Position numbers and translations under genes: made by a program | Part shown: in pieces, positions 59,717 to 64,000 of the stretch | Layout: every line of letters starts with the position of its first letter | How positions within the stretch are numbered: position 1 is the stretch's first letter | Source: a virus | Taxonomy: Duplodnaviria; Caudoviricetes | Length of the DNA stretch: 64,000 nucleotides | Reading direction: 5' to 3' (one strand) | IMG/VR virus record: IMGVR_UViG_3300033741_000108 | Location: 38,531-102,530 of that record | The notes under the pieces: generated by a model | What the model saw: the letters and a program-made list of their open reading frames with translations, nothing else | What the model was told of the DNA's origin: nothing | Databases searched by the model: none

Positions 59717-60271
59717 ATGAATATTTTAGATAAGGCTAAGGAAATGAAAATTGTTGAAGAGGTAGAAGTGGATAAAAAAGAAACTGTAATTGAAGATACT
59801 GAAAGCAAAGAAGTTGAGACAGTAAAAGAATTATCTGACGATGATTATGTTTCGACATTTAGTTGTTTTAGAGGTGAGTTAAATTTAACAAGTAGAGATG
59901 CTGCTGAATATGATAAATATATTTATGATGGCTTTTTAGAAATGAAACAGGTTAGATTTGGTTTCTTGAAATCACTAAGAAGAATGAACTCGAAATCTAT
60001 TACTAAGCCAATGTTTTATATAGCAGACGAACAAGCTATCAAACAATTGAGATTAGAAAAAGAATATGAGAGTATACTTGATCCAAGAGAATTAGTAGAT
60101 GTATTAAAGAAGAACACAAAAGAATTAATTGAGTTTATTGATAATTCAGACATGAATGTAAAGAAGATGGTTAGACAATTAGCAATGACACAGATTCAAA
60201 ATGATGAGCTAACACATCGTGGTAAGATAAAAGTATTGTCAGAGAAACTTAATTTTAAATTAAATGATTAA
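59717..60271 (+). CDS. hypothetical virion-assembly protein
   Basis: position after capsid. Confidence 0.65.
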   Translation: MNILDKAKEMKIVEEVEVDKKETVIEDTESKEVETVKELSDDDYVSTFSCFRGELNLTSRDAAEYDKYIYDGFLEMKQVRFGFLKSLRRMNSKSITKPMFYIADEQAIKQLRLEKEYESILDPRELVDVLKKNTKELIEFIDNSDMNVKKMVRQLAMTQIQNDELTHRGKIKVLSEKLNFKLND

Positions 60272-60290
60272 ATAAGAGTGGTGATATAAA

Positions 60291-60713
60291 ATGACACCTT
60301 ATACAGATATATTTAACAAGTTTAACATAGCATGTCAATTTTATGATTTAGATACTATGGTAACAGCTAAGGCAGAAGATTTCTTAATAAAACTTATGGA
60401 TGATGCTATAATAAATTTTAGAAGTACAAAAGTAAACTTAACTGATAGAGATGACACTTCTAAAACATTCACAAATGATTTATCACCAATAGTCAAGAAG
60501 ATTATAGCAGAATACATGATTTATGGATGGACTGAAAGATATGTAAATGACCAAGATATGTTAAAACAATTCTTGTCAACAAATGCTTTTAAGATGTTTA
60601 GTCCAGCAAATCAGTTAAAGGAATTAAGAGCAGTTAATAATAGAGCTTTTTCAAAGGCTCAAAACTTAGAGACACAATACAGTATTGCAAACAATATTGG
60701 TAATCTAGGATAG
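60291..60713 (+). CDS. probable head-tail adaptor
   Basis: MTPYTDIF..F, L..II..YM..W, FSPANQL; position. Confidence 0.6.
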   Translation: MTPYTDIFNKFNIACQFYDLDTMVTAKAEDFLIKLMDDAIINFRSTKVNLTDRDDTSKTFTNDLSPIVKKIIAEYMIYGWTERYVNDQDMLKQFLSTNAFKMFSPANQLKELRAVNNRAFSKAQNLETQYSIANNIGNLG

Positions 60714-60722
60714 GTGATAATG

Positions 60723-60953
60723 ATGGATAAGAAGAAGATTGTTAAAGAATTAAATACATGTTTAAAGATGATGGATAATAGAGTTATAGAAGGTAGCGTA
60801 AATACTCAGATAGAGTTAGTATCTAATATGATTAGAAAGGATTACTCTGTAGATGAGGATTTTGATAAGGATATAGATACTCTGAAAAAAGTATCTGACT
60901 ATAATGTAAGAAAAAAAGTGTTGAAAGACTTAATTAGAAAATATGTTAGGTAG
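60723..60953 (+). CDS. hypothetical protein in neck module
   Basis: RBS aggtg. Confidence 0.6.
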   Translation: MDKKKIVKELNTCLKMMDNRVIEGSVNTQIELVSNMIRKDYSVDEDFDKDIDTLKKVSDYNVRKKVLKDLIRKYVR

Positions 60954-60961
60954 GTGATTAA

Positions 60962-61930
60962 ATGCCTAATTACAATGGAATTTACACTGGCAATGGATTT
61001 TCTGATAGGATGAGAGATAGAGCTCGTGATATGCTAAGACGCACATTTAAAAATGCGATAACATATAAAGAGATAGATAAATATAATGTTGATGGTACAA
61101 TAACAAATTATTTTCCTATACAAATATCAAAGAGTAGTAATAAAATGAGAAAGTATAAGAACTTTATCTCTCACCCAGATTATCCAGTTGGTTACGGTAA
61201 CGTATTTAAGCTATCAGATTATTTCTTAATAGTCACAGAGCTTAATGATAGTAATCAAATAAGCGATGATGGTGTAATGTGGAAATGTAATGATGTATTA
61301 AAGTGGAAATTCAATGGAACAATATATGATCAAAGATGCTTTATTGATAAAAAAGGAACTACATTAAGTGGTTCAGGTGAAAATTTTACAGTATTAAATA
61401 ATAAGATTATAGTTTATGCACAAAGTACTGACAAGATAAAAAACATAGATGTAAACCAAGATTTTATATTTGGAAATTACTTTAAAACTGTTTACAAGCT
61501 AATAGGTATTGATGATAGTTCAAAAGATGGACTTTTAATAATGACTATGGAGAGAACACAGTCAAGTACTAGCGACAACCTTACCGACAATGTCGCCGAC
61601 AATCCAAACGCAGATAGTGACGTATTACAGCTCTTTTCATCATTAGACGACACTTACTATCTAGTGACTCCAAAAGACGCTAAAATCACCGTTGATACGA
61701 CTGTAAGCGTTAATATAGAACACTATGGAAGTGATGATGTTATAATAGCTACAAACTTTGATTATCAAGTAACTGGTGTTGTAAGTACTAGCTATGATTT
61801 AAATATTATAGATGATAATAATGTTGAAATAACATGTAATGAAAAAGTTGGAGATGCAGTATTAGAGATTACAAATGTAGATAATAGTGAAACATTAACT
61901 TATGATTTTAGCTTAACAGGGTTGTGGTAA
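60962..61930 (+). CDS. probable head-closure/neck protein with Ig-like C-terminus
   Basis: position; beta-rich C-terminal domain. Confidence 0.55.
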   Translation: MPNYNGIYTGNGFSDRMRDRARDMLRRTFKNAITYKEIDKYNVDGTITNYFPIQISKSSNKMRKYKNFISHPDYPVGYGNVFKLSDYFLIVTELNDSNQISDDGVMWKCNDVLKWKFNGTIYDQRCFIDKKGTTLSGSGENFTVLNNKIIVYAQSTDKIKNIDVNQDFIFGNYFKTVYKLIGIDDSSKDGLLIMTMERTQSSTSDNLTDNVADNPNADSDVLQLFSSLDDTYYLVTPKDAKITVDTTVSVNIEHYGSDDVIIATNFDYQVTGVVSTSYDLNIIDDNNVEITCNEKVGDAVLEITNVDNSETLTYDFSLTGLW

Positions 61931-61932
61931 AA

Positions 61933-62487
61933 ATGAATATATATGATTATAGAAAACTATTTGAATTTAATTTAGAAGGCTTAGATAATGTTATTGAGAA
62001 TATGATATTAAAATTAATGATTGATTCAGAAGATTTATGGAAGTTATTAAAGTATAATGATTTCAATGCATTAGCTAATGATAATTTAACTATGGAAGAG
62101 AAGAAAGAATTAGTTGAGATCAAACAGCCATTAAAGAATTCTAATAAACCATTTAAGTTAGTACCATATATGAATGGTCAAGTATTGGGTGAAGAAACTA
62201 CAGAGATTAGAATTTATCCATACAATACTAATTTTACAAATGAAACTTATGTCACACAATCTGTATCAATAGAAATAATAACACACTATAATAACTATTT
62301 GATCAAGGATGGATTTAGAGTTGAGAGGATTAAGAGTGAAATAATAAGGGCACTTAATAACTTTAATTATGATAATGCAGATGGGATATTAGGTAGGTTT
62401 ACATTCCAAGGTACTAATAGTAGAAATGCTTATTACACTGACTCATATATTGGTGCTAGGATGCTATTGATTGGTGATATAAAATGA
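61933..62487 (+). CDS. probable tail terminator/completion protein
   Basis: LWKLLKY; position before tail tube. Confidence 0.5.
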   Translation: MNIYDYRKLFEFNLEGLDNVIENMILKLMIDSEDLWKLLKYNDFNALANDNLTMEEKKELVEIKQPLKNSNKPFKLVPYMNGQVLGEETTEIRIYPYNTNFTNETYVTQSVSIEIITHYNNYLIKDGFRVERIKSEIIRALNNFNYDNADGILGRFTFQGTNSRNAYYTDSYIGARMLLIGDIK

Positions 62488-63233
62488 TTGATGAAATACT
62501 AAGTGATAACTTTAAAATATTAGATGGTAAAATTTCTACACAGTATGGTATTATGAGACAACCTAAAATGCCAGAGTATAATGAGTTTAATAGAAATATA
62601 TCAATTTTTAAGAAATATCCACTTGCAATTAAATCAGATATGATGAATCTAATGTATCGTAAAAGTGATAATAAGAATATAAGAAAAAGATTTAGAGATG
62701 ATTTAGAAGAGAATGAGATGGTTTATTTTATACTTCAAAATAAATTTGGTATTAAAGATGATTTGGGAGATATTATAGACTTTTTCTTTTTAGAACCAGC
62801 TGATAATATATATAATAAAATACTTGAATCTGATAAAGAGTGGAATAATTTTAGATTATTTATGTTAGATTTTTATGGCTTGAGTAAAGAGAGTGAATCT
62901 GGTGATAAAGAAGTAAGAAAGTTTGCCAAGTTAAAGAGATTCTTAGATGAGAAAAAGGGTAAAGCAATAACATTTGAAGTTATGTATACCTTTGTAATGC
63001 AATGGTATAAACCTTGGGAAATTGAGAAATTAACTATATATCAATTTAATAAATTTTTTGGCAGAATGGTTAAATTAGAAAATCATAGAACAACTAGGTT
63101 GTATAAAACAGTTGATTCTAAGGGTGATATAAAAGTTGTAAATTATTTAGCACCTAATGAGGAAGAAAGAGAAGCAAACTTCCTTAATTTGAGTGATATA
63201 GATTTAGAGAGTAAGACAGAAAAACATATTTAG
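62484..63233 (+). CDS. hypothetical tail-module protein
   Basis: LTIYQF motif; position. Confidence 0.55.
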   Translation: MIDEILSDNFKILDGKISTQYGIMRQPKMPEYNEFNRNISIFKKYPLAIKSDMMNLMYRKSDNKNIRKRFRDDLEENEMVYFILQNKFGIKDDLGDIIDFFFLEPADNIYNKILESDKEWNNFRLFMLDFYGLSKESESGDKEVRKFAKLKRFLDEKKGKAITFEVMYTFVMQWYKPWEIEKLTIYQFNKFFGRMVKLENHRTTRLYKTVDSKGDIKVVNYLAPNEEEREANFLNLSDIDLESKTEKHI

Positions 63234-63239
63234 AAAGGT

Positions 63240-63995
63240 ATGGTGAATATAATGAAAGATAATATTAAATTTCAAGATGTTGCGATTGTATCGTTTGATT
63301 CAGCAGTAGGAGGGAAAAAAGTTGTTTACGGATTGACTGATAGTACTTCTATCAATCATGTAGTAAATTCAAGTGAGCTACGCGGAGGTATCTCTAATAT
63401 TTACATTGACGAAGTATATGAGTCAAAGGATTTAGAAATAACAGTTACACCAACAATTGGTAACTTTTCATTAATGGCAGCACAAACAAAGAACTTAGAA
63501 GCTTTTACAAGTGGTAATACAGTTAGTGTTCCATATACTGTTACAGCAGAAGCTGTAGATAATGTTGGTGCAATAGAAATTGATTTAAGTAATTATACTC
63601 CACTTTTAGATGAAGTAGTAGTTCTTAATATCGATAATGAAATTAAAGCTTCCACATTTGCCACTGGCACAATTACAATTACAGATGGTGTTGCTGGTGA
63701 TATATATAATGTAACATTTTTGCAAGAAGAGACCACAGCCGATGTATTAGAAATTGATGGTAAGGATTATCCAGAAACAGTTGAAAACCTTACGTTAGAA
63801 ACTATTGGATATGACCCAGAAACTGGAGCTATTGCAGGCAGATTATTTATTGTGTGTGACTACGCCAAGCCTGATGGCAATTTCACATTAGATCTGGCGA
63901 CTGCTACAAATTCTACGTTCGAAGTAAAATTCAAAGCTAAGCCTAAATTTTTAGGTACTAGACTAGCTAAGATTATTTGGGTTCCAGCTGTTTAA
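63240..63995 (+). CDS. probable major tail tube protein
   Basis: ELRGG..N, KPDGNFTL; beta-rich; position. Confidence 0.65.
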   Translation: MVNIMKDNIKFQDVAIVSFDSAVGGKKVVYGLTDSTSINHVVNSSELRGGISNIYIDEVYESKDLEITVTPTIGNFSLMAAQTKNLEAFTSGNTVSVPYTVTAEAVDNVGAIEIDLSNYTPLLDEVVVLNIDNEIKASTFATGTITITDGVAGDIYNVTFLQEETTADVLEIDGKDYPETVENLTLETIGYDPETGAIAGRLFIVCDYAKPDGNFTLDLATATNSTFEVKFKAKPKFLGTRLAKIIWVPAV

Positions 63996-64000
63996 TACAT

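Noticed and set aside
1-64000. Integrase, att sites or prophage boundary
   Set aside because: No recombinase gene or host-gene context in this window; lifestyle cannot be determined

Overview
A 64 kb segment of a large, very AT-rich tailed-phage genome (standard genetic code). Firmicutes-type SigA promoters and strong RBSs suggest a Firmicutes host, probably an anaerobic one given the B12-dependent RNR. Layout: (1) 1-24.5 kb, + strand: nucleotide-metabolism and accessory genes, including a class II ribonucleotide reductase with an active-site intein, guanylate kinase, an HD-domain protein, a lytic transglycosylase, a PAPS-reductase-family protein, three paralogous HNH-type endonucleases and many small hypotheticals. 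(2) 24.5-30 kb: a compositionally distinct island bracketed by two DnaA-box clusters, holding six small genes separated by long hairpins, low-complexity heptamer repeats and a sharp G/C skew flip. I read this as a candidate genome terminus or terminal repeat, or an origin. (3) 30-34.7 kb (+) and 34.7-46.6 kb (-): convergent accessory blocks, each led by a member of one putative DNA-binding paralog family. (4) 47-52 kb: a beta-CASP metallo-beta-lactamase nuclease split by a +1 frameshift inside its HxHxDH motif, five tRNAs among several small structured RNAs, an HNH gene and a metallophosphoesterase. (5) 52.3-64 kb: an SPbeta-like morphogenesis operon from terminase to tail tube. Top leads: two genes that both need a +1 shift at an in-frame NNN-TGA-TC; the paired DnaA-box clusters around a putative early-gene island; an anti-SD-loop hairpin complementary to the RBSs of genes in that island; and a dispersed 56-bp element resembling strong gyrase sites. 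All functional calls come from motif recognition by eye; no database searches were run.
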